Below, in pieces: positions 31,731 to 46,701 of a stretch of DNA of 64,000 bases. Both the position numbers and the translations under genes were made by a program. The first letter of the stretch is position 1. Each line of letters opens with the position of its first letter. Source of the DNA: Eledone cirrhosa (taxonomy: Eukaryota); assembly GCA_964016885.1 (NCBI GenBank), contig OZ024746.1, forward strand, positions 65,658,001-65,722,000, read 5' to 3'. The notes beneath the pieces were generated by a model. That model did no database searches. It saw nothing but the letters and a program-made list of their open reading frames with translations, and was not told where the DNA came from.

Positions 31731-32007
31731 CCATAATATAAGAAGTTGGGGCAGTGAAATTAAAATACAAGTCATTCTGATCACATTGAGTTCTTCATGT
31801 AGATTGGGCCCCGCAACCGACAGTGGTGAATTCTGTGTGCGCATATATATATAGATATATGTGTGTGCACGTGCAGGGTTTAACATGGATGTGTTGGTCA
31901 CACAAAGGCATGGTCTGTCAATGAATAAACCTGATTCTACAGAATTGGTCTCTGGTCTTTAATAGTAGTGATTCCGTGCGTATGTGTGTTTATATTTTAT
32001 GACAATT

Positions 32008-34284
32008 CTATTGGGGTGATAACCCGTTTAGTTTTGGTTTAAATTTGTTAAGGAATAGATTTTCTTTGTTTATTCTTTGTTGTTGTGTGAACGAATCTGA
32101 GCACTTGTAGAAGGGGAAGATTTTAAAGTTGGGTAGTGTCATTCCTGCGCAGTTCGCAATATGGCTGCTCAAGGGGATTTTTCTTGTGTTAGCGTCCCGG
32201 ATTTGTTGGCGGTGGATGGTCATTCTTTTGCGTAATGAGGTGCCCGTCTGTCCTATGTAGTTGTGTTTGCACCCACCGCAAGTTATTGCGTAAATCAAGT
32301 TCTCCGAGTTGCAGGTGAAATTGTTTTTTACTGTAAATGTTTGGCCATCTTTGAATGTAAATGTTTGTCCTTCAGTGAGGTAGAGGCACGTTCCACAGTT
32401 TGTTCTACCACATTTGGTAACTGTAGGGTTGAGGATTGGTTTGGGTATATTTGGTCCAGTGAGAATGCGTTTAAGTGATTTGGGTTGTCTTTTACTTTTA
32501 AGGATCTTGTGTGTTTCAAGAATAGACTTCATTTTTACATCTTTAAGTAGGATGGGGAGGTTTTTGTGTAGGTGATCAAACATTTCGGTATTTCTGGGGT
32601 TGAAAGTGGATACATATGGCAGGGTGTTGAGTGTGGTTTTCTGTTTTGGATTGTTAAGTTGATGGGGATTTAGGTGTTTTGCCCTGTCTATTCCATTGTT
32701 GATTATTTCAAGTGGAAAGGCTCTTAAGATAAGGGTGTCTTTTAGTTCCTTTAGTCTTTGCTCCCGTTTAGGTGGATCTGATACTATGGTACATATACGT
32801 TTGGCCAAATTGTAAGGAATGTTAAGTTTTGTATGTTTTGGGTGACTTGATGTGAAAAAGAGGTATTGCTTGGAATCTGTGGGTTTATAGAATATATCTG
32901 TATCTAATTTCCCGTCTATTACAGAGATGAGAATATCCAAGAAGGCTAATTCCTTAGGATTGGATTCCATTGTGAATTGTATGTTATTATCTATGTTGTT
33001 TATCATGTTTTTAAACGTAGTAAGTGAGTTCATGTCTTCTTGCCATAGGATAAAGCAGTCGTCTAGATATCTTTTCCAATTGGCTTTGAGGTGTGTGTGG
33101 AAAGAGTCTCCAAATAAGAGAAGGGACTGACTGTATATTTGTTGTTCATGGAATCCCATGACTAGGTTGGCATATGTGGGTGCTACTTTCGTGCCCATTG
33201 CCGTACCTGATACTTGTCTGTATGTTGAATTATTGAATGTGAAGTAGTTATTTTGTAGGATAAAGCGGAGTCCGTCAGTGATAAAATCTGTGTTGATGCG
33301 TGTCGGTATTTCTGATGGGTGTGTGTTAAGCCAGTATTGGACTGCTGTTATTCCATAGTTGTGAGGTATGTTTGTGTAGAGGTTTATTACGTCAAAGGAG
33401 ACAAGAATTGTATTTGCACTTACTGTTTTAGGGAGGTGTTTCAGCATGTCAAGGTCATCTCGTATGTAGCTCTGTATATGTTGTAGAAAGGGTTTCAGTA
33501 GGATGTCCAGAAAGTTGCTAAGTCTGTGGGTTTCACATGTAGGGCCTGCTATAATTGGCCTGAGTTTTAGGTCTTCTGGTGGTGTTAGTTCAATGTAATT
33601 GTTGGTTGAGGTGTCACATGCATCGTTTATGGGTTTACATTTGTGAAGTTTCGGTAAGCCGTAAAAAGAGCTTGTATTGCATTTGAAGTGGCTTATATAG
33701 TTAAACTCTTTTGTGGTTAAGCTGTTGCGGTATTTATTCAGTAAGGTCAAAAGGTTCCCCATTGTTTTGGTGTGTTTGTAGTTTTCTGTTTTTTCATAGT
33801 ATGTGTTGTTTTCTAAAATGTTAAGTGCGAGGGTCCTATAGTAGTCCGTATTCATAATCACAACAGTACTGCCTTTATCGGCTTCTTTGATAGTTATCTC
33901 AGGGTTGTTTCTAAGTGTGAATAATTCTTCCCATTCGTGTGTAGATAGGTTTGATTTCGTGTGTTTATTTGTAATTTTTTCATAGGGAAAGTTGGTGATG
34001 TGTTCGCAGTACGTGTCCAGTGCTTTATTTCTTCCCTTTTGTGGGCAGAAATTGCTTTTATTTCTAACCAGTGATTCGTCTTCAGTGTTGGTGTCGTTGT
34101 GGAAGAATTCCGTTAGTCGCAGCTTTCGGCAGTATTCCATGATGTCATCCTTCATTTCGGGGAAGTTTGGTTTACGTGGTGTAGGTGTAAATTTCAGGCC
34201 CTTACTTAAAATGTTGATTTGTGTGTTGGTTAGAGGTGTCTTTGAGAGGTTGATTATTTTTGGTTTCTCCTGAGGGGGGGCCAT
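32008..34284 (-). CDS. Neptune PLE ORF2: RT + Cys linker + GIY-YIG endonuclease (intact, 758 aa)
   Basis: [77 protein letters not shown]...H. Confidence 0.95.
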   Translation of the reverse strand: MAPPQEKPKIINLSKTPLTNTQINILSKGLKFTPTPRKPNFPEMKDDIMEYCRKLRLTEFFHNDTNTEDESLVRNKSNFCPQKGRNKALDTYCEHITNFPYEKITNKHTKSNLSTHEWEELFTLRNNPEITIKEADKGSTVVIMNTDYYRTLALNILENNTYYEKTENYKHTKTMGNLLTLLNKYRNSLTTKEFNYISHFKCNTSSFYGLPKLHKCKPINDACDTSTNNYIELTPPEDLKLRPIIAGPTCETHRLSNFLDILLKPFLQHIQSYIRDDLDMLKHLPKTVSANTILVSFDVINLYTNIPHNYGITAVQYWLNTHPSEIPTRINTDFITDGLRFILQNNYFTFNNSTYRQVSGTAMGTKVAPTYANLVMGFHEQQIYSQSLLLFGDSFHTHLKANWKRYLDDCFILWQEDMNSLTTFKNMINNIDNNIQFTMESNPKELAFLDILISVIDGKLDTDIFYKPTDSKQYLFFTSSHPKHTKLNIPYNLAKRICTIVSDPPKREQRLKELKDTLILRAFPLEIINNGIDRAKHLNPHQLNNPKQKTTLNTLPYVSTFNPRNTEMFDHLHKNLPILLKDVKMKSILETHKILKSKRQPKSLKRILTGPNIPKPILNPTVTKCGRTNCGTCLYLTEGQTFTFKDGQTFTVKNNFTCNSENLIYAITCGGCKHNYIGQTGTSLRKRMTIHRQQIRDANTRKIPLSSHIANCAGMTLPNFKIFPFYKCSDSFTQQQRINKENLFLNKFKPKLNGLSPQ

Positions 34285-35519
34285 CGAGTATCCTGGTATT
34301 TCAGGCTTTTCCCTAAAAAAGGAATGTAGTTTTGTGTGTGATTATATTTTGTTGGTCTGTTGCGTGTGGGTCTGTAGCTTGTTGTTTCATGAGGGTGAAT
34401 GTGATGATGGGGGTGGTATGTGTTGTGGTTGTTGATGAGCAAGGGTTCTGTTGTTGGTTCATGTGGTCTGGGTGCGTTATTTCTGTGGTACAGAGTGTTG
34501 AGGCTGGGGGGTTGTCTTTTGTTGGATTGAGGGTGATGTCTGGTGTGGTTGTGGGTAAGTTCTGTTGTGATTTCAAGTGGCCTGGGTGGATTTCTTCTGA
34601 GGAATGTGGTGTGTGTGTTGTGAGTTGGATCTATGTTATTTCGTCGTTGGTTTATGTAGGGGGCATTTCTACGGAAACCTGTGTTGTGGTGGTTGGGTGT
34701 GTTTCTTTTGGTGTAGTTGGCCGTATTTGGTTTGTGTTGGTGGGGGATGTGCCTGTGGTTAGTGTGTGTTGGGTTTGGTGGTGTAAATGTGTCTGTTGTA
34801 GTTCTTGTTATGTTCAAATGCTTTATAAAGGGGTTACCTGTTTGGTGCGTCCTTTTAAAGTCTTCTTCATATTTGAGGAACCAGTTTTCGGATTTTTCCC
34901 ACCGTTTAAGGGAAATAGTTTCTGCATTCTCGCAGTCCTGTTTCCACGATTTGATTAAATTTTGTAGGGTTGTTCCCTCGGCCTTTTTAGTGCATTCTTC
35001 CTCCATATTTTTATCAGTATCCTTATACTCTTGCTCGTTTGAGGTGGCCCTTAATTTTAGGAGTTCTATTTCCATGTTTATCCTGTTGAGTGACATTTGT
35101 TCACGGAGTTTTCTTTCTGGTTCAGGTTCGTTTGTAATATGCTTTATTTGGAATTTACGTGGTAAAACTATCGGTGTTGAGTTAATCCATTTTTGGTAAA
35201 TTCCAGCTTTGTTGAGGTTTTTTATCATATTCCAGAAAGTGAATTTTCTGGTTTTTAGATGTTTTTTCCAGAGGTGTCCCATTTGGTTTTTGATATGGAG
35301 CAATGTCGTTTGTTCTGTGTTGGTATTCATAAGTTTTTCGATGGAGTTGCATACGTTTTGAACGTTTAAATAAATTTGGTTGTCAGTCGGTGTGGTGGTT
35401 TGGGGTATATCCTGTTTTTTTGTCAGAATGGTGAGTTTTCCATTTATCTCTTTTAGGATTTTCAGGATTTCCTCATTGATATTGGAGTTTGAAGTGGTGT
35501 TGTCTTGTTCCAGTGCCAT
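34254..35519 (-). CDS. Neptune PLE ORF1 (421 aa): helical N-terminal part and basic low-complexity C-terminal tail
   Basis: Intact ATG-TAA ORF immediately downstream of the pLTR, overlapping ORF2 (which is in the -1 frame); motif shared with 41780-41900. Confidence 0.8.
   Translation of the reverse strand: MALEQDNTTSNSNINEEILKILKEINGKLTILTKKQDIPQTTTPTDNQIYLNVQNVCNSIEKLMNTNTEQTTLLHIKNQMGHLWKKHLKTRKFTFWNMIKNLNKAGIYQKWINSTPIVLPRKFQIKHITNEPEPERKLREQMSLNRINMEIELLKLRATSNEQEYKDTDKNMEEECTKKAEGTTLQNLIKSWKQDCENAETISLKRWEKSENWFLKYEEDFKRTHQTGNPFIKHLNITRTTTDTFTPPNPTHTNHRHIPHQHKPNTANYTKRNTPNHHNTGFRRNAPYINQRRNNIDPTHNTHTTFLRRNPPRPLEITTELTHNHTRHHPQSNKRQPPSLNTLYHRNNAPRPHEPTTEPLLINNHNTYHPHHHIHPHETTSYRPTRNRPTKYNHTQNYIPFLGKSLKYQDTRWPPLRRNQK
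34314..34320 (-). promoter_or_regulatory. Candidate -1 ribosomal frameshift slippery heptamer T_TTT_TTA
   Basis: CCT TTT TTA GGG in ORF1 phase; the -1 frame reads REKPEIPGYSMAPPQEKPKIINLS without a stop. Confidence 0.65.
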
Positions 35520-36086
35520 TTTCCGGATTTGCGTAGGTTAGTATATATGAAAAGTGTAATTTTCTACACAAAACGAAGGTTATAGAGAAAATTGAGGTTG
35601 GTAATGGCACATGGAATATATAAGAGACAGAATACTTTTTTGTGAAAAAACATAATTTTATAAGGTAAGGAAATAATAAAGGGTATAAAAAATGACCGGT
35701 TTCGATGGGTCTGCAAAAGCCATCTTTTCAAATGTTGATTAATATTAAGAAAAATTAATAATACGAAGAGTTAAAATTTGAGACTTGAAAATTCAAGTAT
35801 AAAATTCATTGTGGGATTTCATAGCAGTTTTCATCTAGGTAGCAACAACAGGTTGACTGCTGTGTCCCTTTCTGGTAGTGAATGAGAAGTTATTTGGGGT
35901 GTGGGTTATTTTATAAAGGTCAGATTTAGCAATCGCCAGCTGCTGGTCAGTGAGGGGGTGGAAGCAATATACACACACATATATCTTCCTGTGATGGGTA
36001 GGAGAGTGGAGCGTGATAGAAAAGGATTTAGTGCACTTACACCTATATATACACACATACCTTCATCCACACATACATACATATAC

Positions 36087-36127
<41 letters not shown>

Positions 36128-36196
36128 CACACATACATACACACACACATACATATACATACACACATACACACACACACACATATATATACACAT

Positions 36197-36245
<49 letters not shown>

Positions 36246-36284
36246 TATATATACATACACATACATCCAGATACACACATACAT

Positions 36285-36366
<82 letters not shown>

Positions 36367-36420
36367 CCCCACACATACATACACACACACATATATATAT
36401 ACATACACACATACAAACAT

Positions 36421-36451
<31 letters not shown>

Positions 36452-36971
36452 CACACATACACACACATATATATACACACACACACACACGCATATATAT
36501 ATATATATACACATACGCATACATCCAGATACCCACATACATACACACACACACACACACACACGCACACACAATACATACATCCACATGCACACACATA
36601 CTCACACACACACACACACACATACATACACCCACACACAGAGAAATGGCCTTCAAATATATATATATACATATACATACAGACACATATATTTTTTCCA
36701 TAATATAAGTTGGGGCAGTGAAATTAAAATACAAGTCATTCTGATCACATTGAGTTCTTCATGTAGATTGGGCCCCGCAACCGACAGTGGTGAATTCTGT
36801 GTGCGCATATATATATAGATATATGTGTGTGCACGTGCAAGGTTTAACATGGATGTGTTGGTCACACAAAGGCATGGTCTGTCAATGAATAAACCTGATT
36901 CTACAGAATTGGTCTCTGGTCTTTAATAGTAGTGATTCCGTGCGTATGTGTGTTTATATTTTATGACAATT

Positions 36972-39008
36972 CTATTGGGGTGATAACCCGTTTAGTTTTG
37001 GTTTAAATTTGTTAAGGAATAGATTTTCTTTGTTTATTCTTTGTTGTTGTGTGAACGAATCTGAGCACTTGTAGAAGGGGAAGATTTTAAAGTTGGGTAG
37101 TGTCATTCCTGCGCAGTTCGCAATATGGCTGCTCAAGGGGATTTTTCTTGTGTTAGCGTCCCGGATTTGTTGGCGGTGGATGGTCATTCTTTTGCGTAAT
37201 GAGGTGCCCGTCTGTCCTATGTAGTTGTGTTTGCACCCACCGCAAGTTATTGCGTAAATCAAGTTCTCCGAGTTGCAGGTGAAATTGTTTTTTACTGTAA
37301 ATGTTTGGCCATCTTTGAATGTAAATGTTTGTCCTTCAGTGAGGTAGAGGCACGTTCCACAGTTTGTTCTACCACATTTGGTAACTGTAGGGTTGAGGAT
37401 TGGTTTGGGTATATTTGGTCCAGTGAGAATGCGTTTAAGTGATTTGGGTTGTCTTTTACTTTTAAGGATCTTGTGTGTTTCAAGAATAGACTTCATTTTT
37501 ACATCTTTAAGTAGGATGGGGAGGTTTTTGTGTAGGTGATCAAACATTTCGGTATTTCTGGGGTTGAAAGTGGATACATATGGCAGGGTGTTGAGTGTGG
37601 TTTTCTGTTTTGGATTGTTAAGTTGATGGGGATTTAGGTGTTTTGCCCTGTCTATTCCATTGTTGATTATTTCAAGTGGAAAGGCTCTTAAGATAAGGGT
37701 GTCTTTTAGTTCCTTTAGTCTTTGCTCCCGTTTAGGTGGATCTGATACTATGGTACATATACGTTTGGCCAAATTGTAAGGAATGTTAAGTTTTGTATGT
37801 TTTGGGTGACTTGATGTGAAAAAGAGGTATTGCTTGGAATCTGTGGGTTTATAGAATATATCTGTATCTAATTTCCCGTCTATTACAGAGATGAGAATAT
37901 CCAAGAAGGCTAATTCCTTAGGATTGGATTCCATTGTGAATTGTATGTTATTATCTATGTTGTTTATCATGTTTTTAAACGTAGTAAGTGAGTTCATGTC
38001 TTCTTGCCATAGGATAAAGCAGTCGTCTAGATATCTTTTCCAATTGGCTTTGAGGTGTGTGTGGAAAGAGTCTCCAAATAAGAGAAGGGACTGACTGTAT
38101 ATTTGTTGTTCATGGAATCCCATGACTAGGTTGGCATATGTGGGTGCTACTTTCGTGCCCATTGCCGTACCTGATACTTGTCTGTATGTTGAACTATTGA
38201 ATGTGAAGTAGTTATTTTGTAGGATGAAGCGGAGTCCGTCAGTGATAAAATCTGTGTTGATGCGTGTCGGTATTTCTGATGGGTGTGTGTTAAGCCAGTA
38301 TTGGACTGCTGTTATTCCATAGTTGTGAGGTATGTTTGTGTAGAGGTTTATTACGTCAAAGGAGACAAGAATTGTATTTGCACTTACTGTTTTAGGGAGG
38401 TGTTTCAGCATGTCAAGGTCATCTCGTATGTAGCTCTGTATATGTTGTAGAAAGGGTTTCAGTAGGATGTCCAGAAAGTTGCTAAGTCTGTGGGTTTCAC
38501 ATGTAGGGCCTGCTATAATTGGCCTGAGTTTTAGGTCTTCTGGTGGTGTTAGTTCAATGTAATTGTTGGTTGAGGTGTCACATGCATCGTTTATGGGTTT
38601 ACATTTGTGAAGTTTCGGTAAGCCGTAAAAAGAGCTTGTATTGCATTTGAAGTGGCTTATATAGTTAAACTCTTTTGTGGTTAAGCTGTTGCGGTATTTA
38701 TTCAGTAAGGTCAAAAGGTTCCCCATTGTTTTGGTGTGTTTGTAGTTTTCTGTTTTTTCATAGTATGTGTTGTTTTCTAAAATGTTAAGTGCGAGGGTCC
38801 TATAGTAGTCCGTATTCATAATCACAACAGTACTGCCTTTATCGGCTTCTTTGATAGTTATCTCAGGGTTGTTTCTAAGTGTGAATAATTCTTCCCATTC
38901 GTGTGTAGATAGGTTTGATTTCGTGTGTTTATTTGTAATTTTTTCATAGGGAAAGTTGGTGATGTGTTCGCAGTACGTGTCCAGTGCTTTATTTCTTCCC
39001 TTTTGTGG
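36972..39008 (-). pseudogene. 5'-truncated tandem copy of Neptune ORF2
   Basis: Identical to ORF2 except one amino acid (TFNSSTY vs TFNNSTY). Confidence 0.9.
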
Positions 39009-39393
39009 CGATTGCTAAATCTGACCTTTATAAAATAACCACACCCCAAATAACTTCTCATTCACTACCAGAAAGGGACACAGCAGTCAACCTGTTCTTG
39101 CTACCTAGATGAAAACTGCTATGAAATCCCACAATGAATTTTATACTTGAATTTTCAAGTCTCAAATTTTAACTCTTCGTATTATTAATTTTTCTTAATA
39201 TTAATCAACATTTGAAAAGATGGCTTTTGCAGACCCATCGAAACCGGTCATCATTTTTTATACCCTTTATTATTTTCTTACCTTATAAAATTATGTTTTT
39301 TCACAAAAAAGTATTCTGTCTCTTATATATTCCATGTGCCATTACCAACCTCAATTTTCTCTATAACCTTCGTTTTGTGTAGAAAATTACACT

Positions 39394-39447
<54 letters not shown>

Positions 39448-39449
<2 letters not shown>

Positions 39450-39945
39450 GATATTAAATAAATGGAAACTATATTTAGAAAACCATATTTATTTCATCAT
39501 ATATATTTCAGGGATATCATATTAAAAATATGGTATGCCTTCATCAGACAAAATACAATATAAACAGTCTTATAAATAGATATCTCTCTCTGTTTTTCGT
39601 TGCATGCATTTCTTCTTTTTCCTCGCTTTCTTTCTTTCTTTCTTTTTATAACTGTCCCTAACATTTTTCACTACCAAATCAACTTTTTAAATGGAAGTTG
39701 AAGTTGTAAGGTATGTCAAATCTATCTATTTATAAGACTGTTTATATTGTATTTTGTATGATGAAGGCATACCATATTTTTAATATGATATCCCTGAAAT
39801 ATATATAATGAAATGAATATGGTTTTATAAATATAGTTTCCATTTATTTAATATCGTAAATATACTCCAAATACTTGTTGAGTGCTTTTATGTCAGTTAT
39901 AAATATTTACTCGTTGTAACCCAACAATTTAAATAAAACTTTGCA
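39448..39945 (+). mobile_element. PLE pLTR family A hairpin with ~140-nt spacer
   Basis: Inverted arms starting TACGATATTAAATAAATGG; tail ends AACTTTGCA|TATA. Confidence 0.75.
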
Positions 39946-39968
39946 TATATATATATATATATATTTAT

Positions 39969-40232
39969 ATACGATATTAACAAATGGAAACTATATTTAT
40001 AAAACCATGTTTATTTTATTATACAAATTTCAAGGACACCATATTTTATTATACATATTTCAAGGACAACGCGGTGTCCTTGAAATATGTATAATAAAAT
40101 AAATATGGTTTTATAAATATAGTTTCCATTTGTTAATATCGTATGTTTACTTCAAATACTTGTTGAGTGCTTTATATCAGTTATAAAAATATTTGCTTGT
40201 TGTATCCCAACAATTTAAATAGAACTTTTGCA
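39969..40232 (+). mobile_element. PLE pLTR family A hairpin (subfamily of the 3591 and 29741 copies)
   Basis: Same short-arm start; duplicated TTTCAAGGACA; tail ends AACTTTTGCA|TATA. Confidence 0.7.
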
Positions 40233-40242
40233 TATATATATA

Positions 40243-41039
40243 TTGCCTCCTTAACCTCTGTATTAACTTGCCTATTATATTGCTACTCTGTTAATGTTGT
40301 CTTATACATGTATGTTATTGATGATGAGAAAGCTAGACAACCCTTTCATCTAATATAGACCACATAAATATTGAACCTAACACCACAAATATTACTATCC
40401 ACACTACAATGATACATTTTTCATCTGTCAGATAATAAATGATTCTTACGGCCACCAGACCTACATTGTTTAAAGCCAGCGGATTATCTTTACACTATAT
40501 ATAATACACCCCATGACAGCTTTTACATGTCGATTTTATACATCTGCCTCAAGTCGCTAGTTTTACATGCTATATACTATATTTCTCACCTAGATAGATG
40601 TTGTGATTATTTCAAATAATTTATTGCTAGCATTGTTAGTATTGTTGTTATTGTTCTGAATGAATGTCATTACTACAATTTATAGTAGCCATGTCTGTAT
40701 ATTCATTTCATTCTCACAAGCTCCGATGAATTGACTGGTTACAACTATGTATTAGGTGATTGAATGACGTGAAAGCAAGCGGGTAGCGATATCTAGACCT
40801 ACCAGTTCAGAGAAACAATTGTCAGCAATGAGATTAAAAACCTCTTTTGTATAGCAAACCGTGTCACTCTTCTTTCCTGATTTATCATTACTCCAAGTGT
40901 TTACAACATAGAAATTACCGCGTACTCGCAGCATCCTTATGGAAACGTCTTGTTGTGTCAAACTTAGCCAAGCGTTTATATCATCCACTACTCGGAGTAC
41001 CATAACTGGACAACACTTAAGTGGACTCCTATTACCCCG

Positions 41040-41040
<1 letters not shown>
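40243..41040 (+). mobile_element. pLTR family F, right arm with HHR-like motif (40720-40826)
   Basis: GCT CCGATGA ..ACTGGT[long insert]ACCAGT.. GAAA CAATTG TC AGC. Confidence 0.65.
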
Positions 41041-44757
<3,717 letters not shown>

Positions 44758-45132
44758 TAACGCCTAGGGGTATTACTTCTACTACCACTATGACCACGAC
44801 CACTAACAACAACAACAACAACAATAATAATTATAATAAAAGTGATGTTGATGGTGATGATTAATAGAAAATGCTATTTTCATCATTTCAAAAAAGCAAA
44901 ACAATTGATACGTTGGATATGACTATTGGTCGTTAGCATGCTCAACCAGCCGTGACGCTTAAACCAATCAGCTGTAGTAATTCAGTGAAACTACACACTG
45001 ATTGGTCGAAATACAGTTTACAGGGCTTTGCATTCTGGAGCCACTTTTCTCTGTATAAAATGTATAAAAGGTAGGAAATTTACCCATCTCATTACAGTTG
45101 AAAATTGCAAACTCGACTGTCACCACATATCA

Positions 45133-45171
45133 TGAACCTGAAGATTGCGAAAGCATGAAAGTACTTGTTCA
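45133..45171 (+). ncRNA. Minimal type I hammerhead in the second Neptune pLTR
   Basis: TGAAC CTGAAGA tTGC-GAAA-GCAt GAAA GTAC TT GTTCA; palindromic stem III AGTACT. Confidence 0.75.
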
Positions 45172-45343
45172 ATTAACACTTAGAATTTAATATTCTATCA
45201 TACTATTTCATTATAATACCATTATATATATTTTAAAGGATTGTAAATAAAACGAGTAAATCAGACAAAGTTGGAATTCCTCTTATTAATATAATCTTCT
45301 ATACACAATCATACACACCCGTGTATATTTACCTATCTATATC

Positions 45344-45462
<119 letters not shown>

Positions 45463-45469
45463 GTATATA

Positions 45470-45500
<31 letters not shown>

Positions 45501-45511
45501 GTATATATATG

Positions 45512-45544
<33 letters not shown>

Positions 45545-45546
<2 letters not shown>

Positions 45547-46009
45547 TTTACTCACTCCAACGTCGCCGTGAGCGTTATATTATCTGCATGATGTGGAAAA
45601 TGTTCCATCATCACTGCCCAAATGATGTTGGCATCGCCTTCAAGATACACCCAAGGCTTGGGCCCCGTGCTATCCGTCCCATTCAAAAATCTAAATCGCA
45701 ACTCATAACAACAATACGGCACAATTATTTCACCTCAATCGGCCCTGCTCTCTTCAACATCACACCAGGACACGTCAAAACAGAAACTGACCACACAAAA
45801 TTCAAGAAGTCTTTGGACAAATTCCTCCAAGTAATCCCGGACAAACCACCCACACCCGGATATGTCTCCGCAAACAGTAATTCTCTTCTCGAATGGGCCA
45901 TGGTGCCCAAATCCTGAATTGAAAGACTTCGCCAGGTGGTGCTATTAAGTTAGACATGGCCTGGGCCAATACTGGCCAAAACATTTCAAAGTTATTCAAA
46001 GTTCAAAGT

Positions 46010-46010
<1 letters not shown>
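45545..46010 (+). mobile_element. CR1/L2-group LINE 3' fragment
   Basis: [18 protein letters not shown]...[17 protein letters not shown]; CAAAGTT repeated tail; TA arrays on both sides. Confidence 0.75.
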
Positions 46011-46058
<48 letters not shown>

Positions 46059-46231
46059 GTATATATATATGTATATATATATGTATATATATATGTATAT
46101 ATATATATGTATATATATATATGTATATATATATATATGTATATATATATACGTATATATATATATATGTATATATATATATGTATACTCTTTTACCTGT
46201 TTCAGCCATCCGGCTGAGGCCATGCTGGGGA

Positions 46232-46513
46232 TATGTTGTTATACTTTGGGAGGGTCATGTTGCCAATAAGAAACACACGCACCAGGTGTTTCACTTCAAT
46301 TTATTATATATTTATAAATTTATAAATTTACAAATCTACAAACTTATAAATTTCTGGTTGGTTGGTTGGTTCCATAACCAGATAGTTGTTTATATATAGT
46401 CATAGTCCTTTCGTCACACATGACGTCACACATGACCCTCCCAAAGTATAACAATATCGGTTTCAACACACGATTTCAGATAAAGAATCTTGCTAAACAA
46501 ATTCAGAAACGAA
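46232..46513. mobile_element. Family C pLTR (minus, 46232-46420) with an inverted ORF-start fragment (46431-46513)
   Basis: Reverse complement of 16935-17105; the plus arm encodes [22 protein letters not shown]. Confidence 0.7.
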
Positions 46514-46606
46514 ATATATATATATGTATATATATATATGTATGTATATATATATATATGTATATATATATGTATATATATATATGTATGTATATATATA
46601 TATATG

Positions 46607-46651
<45 letters not shown>

Positions 46652-46701
46652 GTATGTATATATATATATGTATATATATATATGTAAATATATATATGTA
46701 T

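Larger units (their letters stand above)
30672..39397 (-). mobile_element. Young Neptune-type PLE: full copy, 5'-truncated tandem copy and inverted pLTR
   Basis: Full unit ~30672-35580; upstream copy ~35546-39008; inverted pLTR 39006-39397 joined via TGG microhomology; (TA)n on both sides; copies nearly identical. Confidence 0.95.

Noticed and set aside
34332-35199. Plus-strand 208-aa and 160-aa ORFs
   Set aside because: Antisense shadows of the AC-rich ORF1.
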